This document shows, one piece after another, positions 52,840 to 64,000 of a DNA stretch of 64,000 bases. How positions within the stretch are numbered: the stretch's first letter is position 1; the number at the start of each line of letters is the position of its first letter. The position numbers were made by a program, and so were the translations under genes. The notes beneath the pieces were generated by a model, which ran no database searches, had not been told where the DNA came from, and was given only the letters and a program-made list of their open reading frames with translations. Source of the DNA: Eledone cirrhosa (Eukaryota); the NCBI GenBank assembly GCA_964016885.1, contig OZ024741.1:263562001-263626000 (forward strand), in the 5' to 3' direction.

Positions 52840-53802
52840 GTCTATAAATGTGTGTGAGAGAGAGAATATATGTATAATGTTGAAATTTTGCAAGATAGAA
52901 AGAGAAAGAATCACTAGGAGACTTGTACGAAAGTGTTTAATGGTATTTAAAATATTTCCAAACTTGTTTTTATATCTGGAGATTCTAGTAATCTTTGGGG
53001 AACATTTTACATATATTATGATATATGTTAACATTCCAGTAATGATTGGCCTTCCTCATCTTATTTTTGTTAAGCTTTCCTCTCAAAATATGCATGTTTT
53101 GCGTCTTTATTTACTTTTGAATTTGTTTTATTTTCTCTTTCACTCTGAGGTAATATTTATTCTGCTTAATGTTAAACTATTTAATCGACAATATTTTTAA
53201 GGAAATAAATACTCTCGTTTTATTCCTTAACTGCTTTCTAGCAAATATCAATCATGCTGAGGCACTGCTTTTGAAGGAATTTTAGTCCACCATATCAACC
53301 CCAGTACTTATTTTATTCTATTTTCAAGTATGGTAACTTCGTTTTTTTTTTTTTTTTTTTTTTGCTAAACCACTAAGCTATGAGATATAAAGAAACACAC
53401 ACATACATGATGGGCTTCTATGCAATTTCCATCTACCAAATTTCACTTGCAAAAGCATTAATTGGTCTTCTATAGTAGAAGACTCATCCTCAAGGTGCTA
53501 TGCAATGTTACTAGACCTGAAGCCACATAGTTGTGAATCAAACTTCTTAACCACTCAACCATACTGCTTATGATTTTCAATTAATGTAAAAAATAATCAA
53601 AAGTTTGGAGGGATTTAGTAATATAACTCATTTTCTTATCAAGAAAAGGTTCTTACAAAAGGTTATAATGGAAGATTTAAACCTAAACTTGAATTCTTTC
53701 AAGCAAATGGTTTTTCATCATTAGAACCAAGGGATGTTTCAAGTGGGCTGGTATCAAAACGGTTAAATTAAAGATTTAATTGGCTCTATCCTAACATATC
53801 TC

Positions 53803-54005
53803 AGCCAGTCTTTCTTGCCAGTGTCATTGGAGCCAGTCTTTGTTAGCTTCACTGAGTCAGCATCACCGAGCCAGTCTTTTTTTGCCAGCATCACTGAGCC
53901 AGTCTTTCTTGTTAGTATCACCGAGCCAGTCTTTTTTGCCAGCATCACCGAGCCAGTCTTTCTTGTTAGCATCACTGAGTCAGTAATGTTAGTGTCATTG
54001 AGCCA
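53803..54005. repeat. Minisatellite, about 27-bp unit (gagccagtctttcttg..agcatcac)
   Basis: Units alternate gcc/gtt variants, giving a dimer of about 54 bp. Confidence 0.85.
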
Positions 54006-54554
54006 ACATTTCTTATCAGCAAAAGCGGATTTAAGATTTTATTTTAAATTCGTAAAATAGCTGATTGTTTGTGGTATCCAAGGGAGATGTAGGTTAAAAA
54101 ACAAATCTACTAAACACAAAAAAATTATCTTACTGCAACCTGGGATATTTGATATCGGCAGACCAATCCTCTTATTGAGAGAGAGAGAGGGTGTGTGTGT
54201 AATCATGTTGAAAAGCTTAGCACTTAAAAATAAATGGCAGCTGGACTACATAACTTGGTGTTCTTAATTTAGACTTTCTCTGTCTGCCTCTCTTTTTCAC
54301 ACACACAGACACACACACACATCTGCATATGTGTGTGTGTGTGTGTGTATAATAAATACACGTACAGTTTATAGAATTTCTAGATTAGTTTTCTCTATTT
54401 ATTCTTAAGATATTATTTAATATAGCCTGCCACTGTTGTTTTATCTTTGGATTCCTTTGTGCAGCTCATTTGTGGCTTACTATATTCATTAATTTGCTCC
54501 CAAGTTTTCCTTGTGCATGCGTGTGTGCCTTTACAGGAAGGTTGTAGAAATAAT

Positions 54555-54741
54555 TGTTTCTAGTTTTGGCACAAGGCCAGCAATTATCCCAGGTACTTTA
54601 TTTTATCGACCCCGTAAGGATGAAAGGGAAAGTCAACCTCGGCAGAATTTGAACTCAGATCGTAAAGGGACGTAACTATGCTGGAAAGCATGGCGTCCGA
54701 CTCTCTACCGATACTGCCAATCCACCGCCCTTTTCCACTCT
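54555..54741 (-). mobile_element. Full-length family A SINE with 13-bp TSD
   Basis: ttgtagaaataat at 54542-54554 and 54742-54754. Confidence 0.88.
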
Positions 54742-55574
54742 TTGTAGAAATAATGTTTTGTTGTTAGAATATGAAAGACAGGAATGATGGAATCTGTCCA
54801 CTATCTTAACCACAACTCTAAATGGTAGTGGTGGTGGTAATGATCATGATCATGGGGTCTCTTTTGAAAGGCAATGTTTTATGGTTGGATGCCCTTCCTG
54901 TTCCCAAGCTGTTTTGTTGCCTCATACATGTAGGGATGCAGTATATCTACTCTATTAAATGAAACAATTTGTTTTAGCCAAAAAATAAAATTATATCAGA
55001 TAACTTATTAAAAAGACACTTAATTCCTCCAATATTTTAGAATTAATATACTTTATTTCGCTAAATTGTTGCAGACGTAGGGGTTCTCTAGAACTTATTC
55101 CTGAAATGTTGCTATAGTGCATTATTTAATTTTTAAGAGCAAAACCCTTACACACACACACTCTTTTTTGATGGTCAAGGTCAAATATAGACAATGTTAT
55201 TTTAGTAATATAAATTTTTTTTATTGGCATAAGTCTTCAAATTTATAAAGGTGTAAATTGATCCTCCATTATATTAATGGGTAATGACATGGTGCCAGCA
55301 CACACAGCCTTAATTTTTTAGAACAGAAAGGAATGTAACTTAACACTGCTAGACTAACAACAATAGTAATAATAGTAATGGTTTCTAATTGAGGCACAAG
55401 GGCAGCAGTTTCTTTTTGGCTATGGGGTGGGGTTTAACAAAGTCTACCCCAGTACTTACCCCATTTCTTTTTTTATGACATGAGTATAATAAAAGCCCAG
55501 TTTCTGAAGGTTAAAAAATGGAAGTAAATTACAACCTGTGTATAATACAAACCCAGTGTACAGCATCTTCTTTG

Positions 55575-55810
55575 CCCAATTATTCCTGGGAGGGTCGTGA
55601 GGGCAGAGTCCTCAAACACTACTTTCAGCAGGTCCAGTCAGAAGCAACTGTCTCCTGTAGATTCGGCTGAATCACCAAACAAGACCAGCCAAGCTCATGG
55701 ATGTTATCCAACCATTTTGTTCAGGGTCTTCCTCAGGATCTCTAGCCAGTTAGTTTTGCTAGTAAAATCAGTCCAGCAATACTTTCCTGCAACATTCTAA
55801 GAACATGCCT
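55575..55810 (-). pseudogene. Degraded 3' end of an Expander/Rex3-like RTE element
   Basis: RGRP*TKWLDNIHELGWSCL...LRTLPSRPSQE resembles the GRPRTRWRD...LLPPRP terminus. Confidence 0.55.
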
Positions 55811-56659
55811 GTAGTATCAGAATTTGATCTCTCAATTTGGAGAAGTAGCTATGTCTATGTAAATTTTTTTTTGGTAAACTTGTATCGTGTTATCCATCAG
55901 AATCTCAACCGCATACATATATTTATTTTCACTACAATATTCAGTTTCTAAGGTTAAAGAATATAAAACAACCAGATGTTTAGCAGTTTGTCTAGAAGCT
56001 GGCTTATCCTACTTCCTGTTTCAAATAAGTTTTCAAATTTTCAAGAAATATACTAACTTGATGCATTTCTAGTAAATTCTAGTAATCAAGCTGATATACT
56101 TTTCTGTTTGATATGAATTTATTATTAAATGAATATTTTTAAGCTCAGTAAACATTTCTGAAAACGTGTATTCATGTATATTACAAATGCCTTTTTCTTT
56201 TGCTTATAATTGTAGTGCAAAATTCCTTATTTTTATCCACAAGTAAATGCAGTAGCTGCTACTTAATTTTATTGACCCTGGAAAGATGAAAGGTAAAGTT
56301 GACCCCTTAGGGGTGGAGGGAATGGTAGGGGGATTCATGTTGAGGGAAAGGCTGGGTTCAACAATAACATTGACACATTTAATAAATAATACTAACAGTA
56401 CAGAACAAAGTGGGGAAGATAATTTAATGCAAATGGTTTGTTTGTTTTCGTAAATTTGGCATCTTCCCCATTTCAGTCTGAATTGGTGCAGTGCAGTTAC
56501 TTCGAGTGCCAATACCCCCTCCACTCCTCTCTCTTTTGCACAAGTTCTGTGAAGGATTAGACCTCAGCATTACAAGACATGCAGCAGTTAAATAGTGTCT
56601 TTGTTCTGTATTCTTTCTCCCTCTCCTATTACACACACATATCCCACATATATATAATT

Positions 56660-56937
56660 CTCAGACCGGGTGATGTGTTGTTTCCTTGAGCAAGACACTT
56701 TATTTCACATTGCTCTAGTTTACTCAGCTGTAGAAATGAGATGATAGGAACTGGGGTCCATATCATTCCACTGCAAAGTGGTCGTGGAGGTGCCACGGCA
56801 AAAAAGCACCCAGCACTCACTGTAAATGAGGTTGGTGTTAGGAAAGGCATCCAGCTGTAGAAATCAAGCCAGCATCAGTTTCCGTCCCACCCTTGCAAGC
56901 AGGAAAAAGCGGATGTAAAATGAAATGATGATGATGA
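56660..56937 (+). mobile_element. Composite SINE: family B core plus RTE-type 3' tail
   Basis: ccttgagcaagacactttatttcacattgctctag, then the aggtgccacg/gcaccc module, ggttggtgttaggaaaggcatccagc and (GAT)n. Confidence 0.75.
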
Positions 56938-57561
56938 CTATTTATCTACAGCCTCCCCATACACAGACACAATGAAGTGTCCGTTATATGGGGACTGGGA
57001 AGACCACAAATGAAGGTAGTATTCAATGCATGTTCAAGTACAGTGTTGGTATAGTGATTTGTAAAATTATAGTAGAGGGCCCATTCTGTTTTGGCTGAAT
57101 TCAAAGCCTTGCAGGCCAGCTGAAAAGGAGTGGACTCTTCATTGAGATTTTACTAATTACCATATATATATATATATAAAATTTATGCACACACACAATG
57201 ACTATGTGAGATTTGTGATTATATTATTTGTTAGAAAGGTGTGTTTGTGGTTCAACCTGGTGCAGAGAGAGAGGCGTCACCCTTTCAAACACCATAAATT
57301 GTTTAAAATGTTAACCACATATTTATGTATCTATACTGCTGTATAGTAATGAATTAGAAGGTAATAGGTTGGAATTACACCACATTCTATTCAGTACATA
57401 ATCGTTGTTATACTTATTTTGATGGCATCTGTTATGTAATCCTTGATACAATCTCTTCAGACAGTTCTCACTTGTATCATCATCATCATCATCATTTTAC
57501 GTCTGCTTTTCCACTGCGCAGCTGGTACATCATATTAGAACTTATATTGCTAATATTTATA

Positions 57562-57887
57562 CTCTCAGGTCTCAAATAACCCCAAGCGCTCTTATTCCAC
57601 ACACCTCACTTACTAAATTTTGCTAATCTATTTCCGACGAAATTTTATTTTAAGTGGTAGAATTACTGTGACAATTAATTTTTCTTTATATATTAAAAAT
57701 CATTATACATGGACCAAAAAAATACGTTACTAGGAATCTCATACATTATAAAATATATAGGATGGGTTGGGGTCTTAATATGTAAACTAAATGACTAATT
57801 CTAGTTTTTTAAAGACAACTTAGAAAAATTACCGATTTTTCAATTTCCCTCTGCTTAGCCCCTCCTCTATTATTTCGGACCCGAGAG
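57562..57887. mobile_element. Tc1/mariner-type MITE with CTCTC(A/G)GG termini
   Basis: TA|ctctcaggtctcaaataa ... ttatttcggacccgagag|TA; two further copies in the window. Confidence 0.72.
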
Positions 57888-58192
57888 TACAAGTGAGAAC
57901 TGAAGAAATTGTATTTGAGGATTACATAACAGATACCATTGAAATGTGTTTAACAGTGATTGCATAATAGAATGTAGTGCAATTGTAACCTACTTCTAAT
58001 TCATTACTCTACCAACACTCTGTTGTACAAACACACACACCTACGAGATATTATAACTGGGAAGCTATACTACATTGAGTGCTCAGTCTTCAGTCTTACA
58101 CAAGTATTTATTGATCAATACATGTATCTGGAGAACTAAGGGATTAACACAAAAAACCACAACTATACAAGTGTGTGTGTGTAGAGAGAAAA

Positions 58193-58430
58193 AGAGACTG
58201 TGGTGCTGAGACTGGGGAGACCAGTAATCATTGGAGTACTCAATGCATGGAGAGATGCAGAGTGGGTATAGATATGTGTAACATCCTGATTGCAGTGCCA
58301 AGCGGTTTTTGACTTGTTGAACGCACAAGCTGAAACTACTTGGCCACCGCAGCTGCAATTTAACATATCTCCCTATGCATTGAGTACTCCCATGGTTAGT
58401 GATCTCCCTGGTCTCAGCACTGCAGACTCT
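58193..58430. repeat. Diverged fold-back element
   Basis: Outer arms 58193-58256 and 58366-58430; inner stem gccaag...cttgt / acaag...cttggc. Confidence 0.8.
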
Positions 58431-59403
58431 CTCTCTGTGTATATATATATAAGTACTACAACAGTTAATACACCATTTTCAAGAACAGTTTGTTTCACCT
58501 CAAACTGATGATCTGTTTGAGTTTGAAACAAACTTTATATTGGCATGAAGAATTGTCTGAGATCAAGTGGCTGTGGAAAAAATGCTGTTGAAAATAGACT
58601 ACAAACAGATCTGGGGGATTAGGCCATGGTTTGTTCTATAAATATTTTTTAACATTTAATTCTGGGAATGGGTGGTTTCTCTCAGACTTCAAAGCATTTT
58701 CCCCACAAAATGTTGAAATGTTTGAAGCTAGCTGGTGGTTGGTTGTTTGGCTGGCTGGTTGGATAGCTGGCTTGCTGGTTGGTTGGTTGGTTTGTTGGCT
58801 AGCAGGTTGGACCTGCTGTCATTATCCAGGATTTGTTTCGTATTTTTCCCCATTTCCCACCAAGCTGTATTTTCACAGATAGCCAAGTTGGTTAGCTGCT
58901 ACTACTAGCTCTGCAATTACTATAGCAGTAAAAGTGAGAGCTGTGAACTGATTAGAATGGTAAAAACTGGTCTTCTTGCCTCTTTTGATATCTCTATATA
59001 TATTTTCCCCCACACCCAACTCTGTGTGTGTGTGTGTCAGTATGCCTGTCTGTGTCTATATGTATGTGTGTATTTGGTTAGATAGGAGCAACTGTATGCA
59101 ATGTTAGTGCAACTCTGTGCAGTGTTAGTGCAATGCTAGATTTTGAATTAATAAATATAATAAAAATGTTTTTTTTTTTTGTAATTTTTCTTTTTTTTCT
59201 TTTTTTCTTTGTCCCCAGTGTCTTTCAACAGATATTGAATATAGTAATGTTTGTTGAATGTGGTGGAGGTAATGGTTGTTGTATGGTGGTAGGAATGACT
59301 ATTGAAGTTGTAACTCTGATGTGGTGGTGGTAGTGGTGGTGACTTGTTGTTGTGACCGTGATGATGATAGTGGGGGGAAACTAGAGTTTTTTTGTGAGTT
59401 ATT

Positions 59404-59586
59404 GCATATTTAAACCGGTTGTATTCGGCCAGAATTATCTCACCTCTTTCTATTCAAACTGGCCGCTCATACTGATGTTAAGGTATTGTTCTCAAAATAT
59501 ATATCAGAAGGTCACACATTCGATATTATAAAGCCTTTACTGTGAAAATACAATAGTATACATAGAGTAATGTAAATGCTAAAGGG
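59404..59586. mobile_element. Second copy of the 46634 piggyBac-type MITE, left end eroded
   Basis: Colinear match ending gtaaatgctaaaggg|TTAA. Confidence 0.82.
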
Positions 59587-60002
59587 TTAAGGCAGAACTA
59601 AAATTGGCTACTCACTCACTCACTCTCACTCTCTCACTCACTCTCATTCACTCACTCACTCACACTCACTCACATAGACTCACACACAGTCTGTCTCTCT
59701 CACACACACTCAAGTATGTTTATTTATGTGTGTATTGGAGAGAGAGAGAGGCAACAGTTTGATTTCATCTGGAACACTATGAATGTTGTGAGAGAGAATT
59801 CCTCTGAACTGCGTGATATCTTAGTATAGATAGAGATGAGTTGTTTTCAGACATCATTCACTTATCGACTGGGGTGGAACTCGTCAGACAAGACCAAGGA
59901 AACAATGTTTCCATTGGTATTTCGATTGCTAATGCTATCTACTGGCCACGATTCCTGGGAGAAAGAGCAACGTGAAATAAAGTGTCTTATTCAAGGACAG
60001 GG

Positions 60003-60723
60003 GGTCACGTGATGCGCATGAAAGACGACAGCTGTATAACAAAGTGCAGGGCAATAAAGATAGACGGTAGCCACGGAGTAGGCAGACCCAGAAAAACATG
60101 GGACGAGCTGATAAATTCCGACCTCACACGCTTACACCTCTCCAAGACAATGTCACTGGACCGAGACCTTTGGCGGTACTCAGTAATAGAGAAGACCCGC
60201 CTTACCTAAATACAAAGTAAAAACCTACTACAGTCAGTAGGCATCTCTATCAAAACACCCCCCCCCCCCCCGTCCCACCACCTCCACCCCATCCACACCG
60301 CCCCTTTCAATGTACAGTTATGTTGGTCCCACAACATCCAGGCCGAAACAAATGAGATCGTGTAGGTGTCACGACAAAAAAACACACAGTCCACGCTGTA
60401 AATGTGGCCGTGTAGGCAACACGGTAAAAACCTCCCAGCCCCACACTGTAAATGTGGTTGGTGTTAGGAAGGGCATCCAGCTGTAGAAAACCCGCCAGAC
60501 AGTCCACGCTGTAATGTGGCCGTGTAGGCAACACGGTAAAAACCTCCCAGCCCCTCACTGTAAATGTGGTTGGTGTTAGGAAGGGCATCCAACTGTAGAA
60601 AACCCGCCAGACAGTCCTATGCGAGCAAGACAACCACTCTTGCCTCAAGTGGGAAAACCCCCATCCAAACCGATGCAAGCGTGGAACACGGACGCTAAAC
60701 CTGATGATGATGATGATGATGAT
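60003..60723 (+). mobile_element. Short 5'-truncated copy of the 34012 RTE family, with a 113-bp 3' UTR duplication, inserted in a family B SINE
   Basis: GHVMRMKDDSCITKCRAIKIDG...KTRLT* is near-identical to the 34400 ORF end; (GAT)n tail. Confidence 0.92.
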
Positions 60724-60788
60724 CATTACCCTGTCTGGGAAGCAAACTTGCAACCTTATTCCTGTATAATAATGATAATAGTAATAAT

Positions 60789-60948
60789 AATTGTTTCTAC
60801 TTTTGGCACAAGGCCAGCAATTACCCAGTACATGTAATAATAATAATAATTGTTTCTACTTTTGGCACAAGGCCAGAAATTACCCAGTGCATTGCTGGTA
60901 CTTTATTTTATCGACCCCGTAAGGATGAAAGGCAAAGTTAACCTCGGC
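60789..60948 (-). mobile_element. Truncated family A SINE with duplicated 3' end
   Basis: aattgtttctacttttggcacaaggccag occurs twice, 59 bp apart. Confidence 0.8.
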
Positions 60949-61011
60949 AATAATAAAACCGCATAAGCCGTTCTTTGGCCTGGTAATTGATGGCATCAGT
61001 GTAAAAAGTTA

Positions 61012-61195
61012 CCGTATACCTGAATATAAGCCGAGGAATATAGGACCAAATAATCAATGGTAGGTCAGCTTATATTTTGGGGTCAATATTTTGACAGTTT
61101 TCACCAATTGCAAATTCTACTCAAATAAAGTTTGGATTTTTGCCCATTTCTCAGACATAGAATAGTGGGGTCAGCTTATATTTGAGTATATGTGG
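61012..61195. mobile_element. Tc1/mariner-type MITE (CCGTA termini)
   Basis: TA|ccgtatacctgaatataagc ... gcttatatttgagtatatgtgg|TA imperfect TIRs. Confidence 0.6.
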
Positions 61196-63131
61196 TACGT
61201 TTTCTCATTTTACTCTGATTTGTTTCTCTCCCTCCCTCTCCCCTATCTCTTTCCTATTTCTCTCCCATCTCCCCCTCTTTTGTATCACCCCTCTTGGTTT
61301 AGACATACCCCACCTCCAATTTGCATACAACATCCATACTTAACTCTAAGCAATAAACTTTTGTCTTTGGAACTGCATCAGAAGCTGTCCATCACTTTTT
61401 CTCTCCCTCTAGCCTACAACTAATCTACAACAAATTGGCTCAAATGTGGACATCAACCCTTTTTTTTCTTTACTGTATTTCTAATAATGGTGTTTCAGTT
61501 AATTTTTAAAATAATCAAATATTTGGAGGGATTTAATAAAATAACCAACTCTTTCATTAGTAAGCTGATATTTTTTAGAATATTATTAAATAAAAAATTT
61601 CTTTAAAATAAGCAGGATGGTTTCATTCCTTTTGTGACTGTATTTCTAATGAAATAGACTTTATTTTAATGAAGACTTTTGAGGAATTTCTAAAAATTAT
61701 TTCGTTACTAAAGCCCCAGCCGGCTGGAACAGGTAAAAGTAAAAAAGTAGGATAGTAACTTAAGTTTCTCATAACTAAATGTTGGAAGATTTAAAAAAAA
61801 AAAAATAGAAACTCTTTAAAATGGTTGGTTTTCTATCATCATGATTTTAATGTCCACTTTCCCTGCAAGCTAGGGTTGGACATTTCATAAAACCAAAAGG
61901 TGGTTTGGTGCAGATTAGTATTGAAAGGGTTAATTAATTTCGATTCTTCTTAGTTATTTTCATCTCACTAATTTATATCTAGGATGACCAGAAAAAGGTT
62001 AATGTTCTCTGGGCAATGAGGGCACTGCTCTTCCACTTTCCTCCCTATCTCATGTGCTTCTTTGCTAGTCTTTTCATCTTTTGTATCATCGTCATTGTTC
62101 TTCTTGTACTAATAACTATTTTTTATTTGCTTTCTTATAATTGTCCTCTTCCTCCTCTTATAATCATTTTTACATCTGCTTTTCCACACTTGCAGGGGTT
62201 AGATAGGTCCTTTTTACCACAGCATCTCACCACTCACTGAGTTCATCATCTCCTCTGTAAGTTTCAGCAATTTGAGATCAGCTCTCAACACCTCCACCCA
62301 GGTCTTCCTTCATCTACCTTTCTACTTATATAAAAACGATATGTTAAGTTATTATCTTAGCAATGAAATAATAATTTTATTAAATCCCTCAAAAGTCTTC
62401 ATGGATTAATTGAAAAAAGTATTTCACTGGAAATATGGTTACAAAAAGTTTAAATTGATCCTTATATTTGACTTGTAATGTATTTGATCAACCCAGGAAA
62501 ACAGAAGGTTGACCAGCGGGAATTGAAATAAGAACAGAAGCCATAACTAAAACCTTGTATTGTATTTTTTTGTCTGATGCTCTAACGATTTTGCCAACCT
62601 TTATAATGATTCCATAATTGGCTTGGAATAAAAAAAATCAAAATGTCTAAAATTAACTTAGGTGTGTCTGTAATAGATTAAAATATAACTGTAAGGTTAG
62701 CAAGCACACACACTGAGCCGTATGCGTAGGTAGGAATACTCAGTTTCTTTGCCTAGTGTGAGAACTAAGTTAACAAATGCTGGTATAGGTTATTTGGTTG
62801 ACTTGTAAGCATTAACAGAGGGAGTCCATTGATTGAAGGAATAACTGGAGCAAGGTCATCTGGTCCTCCTATCTTGGCTGGAAATGGCATGATGGTGGTG
62901 GCAGTGTTGTAGCTGTTGATGTTGGTGCAGGACATGATTGGGAAGTTGGTGGGAAATATGTGAAAAAGAGAGAAAAAGAGGGGTGTGGGGCTCATTAGAA
63001 AAATTAGGGCAGGCTTGATTGAGAAAGAGATGAAAGGAGAGCATTTTTGATCTGTTGGCTGATCAATAAGTCAATGTGTGTGTGACAGTAAATTAGTACT
63101 ATGCCACTCACCCACAATTTACCCAATGTAA

Positions 63132-63918
63132 CTACACCAGCGCCACCACATCCACTACCACCAGCGCCACCATATCCACTACCACCAACACCAACATATC
63201 CACTACCACCAACACCACCATATCCACTACCACCAACACCACCATATCCACTACCACCAACACCACCATGTCCACTACCACCAACACCACCATGTCCACT
63301 ACCACCAACACCACCACGTCCACTACCACCAACACCACCACGTCCACTACCACCAACACCACCACGTCCACTACCACCAACACCACCACGTCCACTACCA
63401 CCAACACCACCACGTCCACTACCACCAACACCACCACGTCCACTACCACCAACACCACCACGTCCACTACCACCAACACCACCACGTCCACTACCACCAA
63501 CACCACCACGTCCACTACCACCAACACCACCACGTCCACTACCACCAACACCACCACGTCCACTACCACCAACACCACCACGTCCACTACCACCAACACC
63601 ACCACGTCCACTACCACCAACACCACCACGTCCACTACCACCAACACCACCACGTCCACTACCACCAACACCACCACGTCCACTACCACCAACACCACCA
63701 CGTCCACTACCACCAACACCACCACGTCCACTACCACCAACACCACCACGTCCACCACCACCATATCCACTACCACCACCACCATATCCACTACCACCAT
63801 ATCCACTACCACCATATCCACTACCACCACCATATCCACTACCACCACCACATCCACTACTACCAGCACCACCACATCCACTACCACCATATCCACTACC
63901 ACCATATCCACTACCACA
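63132..63918. repeat. 24-bp minisatellite (ccactaccaccaacaccaccacgt), homogeneous centre
   Basis: Long run of identical 24-mers with diverged edges. Confidence 0.95.
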
Positions 63919-64000
63919 TGCACCTCTCCATTCCCAACTACAATAATTTATTTTCCTCAGATTGTAGTAATAAAAATAAATCTAACACACCCACACACAG

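Noticed and set aside
53803-54005. CRISPR-like regular repeats (also 11950-12545 and 47392-47530)
   Set aside because: No unique spacers, no cas genes, eukaryotic context; these are tandem repeats.
58487-58534. Hairpin containing CTGATGA...GAAAC, hammerhead-like
   Set aside because: No stem II closing onto GAAA and no suitable stem I; only a simple imperfect hairpin.

Overview
AT-rich, microsatellite-dense animal DNA. The SINE families resemble those I know from octopod cephalopods (inference from repeat motifs, not a database match). No host protein-coding exon could be recognised, and almost all long ORFs in the track are microsatellite artefacts. Real coding content is transposon-derived. 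(1) A CR1-group LINE on the minus strand (<1-2721) has an uninterrupted APE+RT ORF2 that lacks an upstream ATG and overlaps a CCCH-finger ORF1 in the -1 frame across two canonical slippery heptamers. (2) A young 5'-truncated RTE-clade LINE (34012-37256, minus) has a PHD finger inside its RT. (3) Five relics belong to CRE-clade (restriction-like endonuclease) retroelements. Also present are many tRNA-derived SINEs, piggyBac- and Tc1/mariner-type MITEs, a 6.3 kb (TA)n/(TATG)n array and several fold-back elements in TA repeats. The most interesting signals are the probable -1 frameshift, covarying tandem pseudoknot/hairpin modules in the RTE 3' UTR that are shared with non-autonomous elements, the fold-back family, and two templated insertions.
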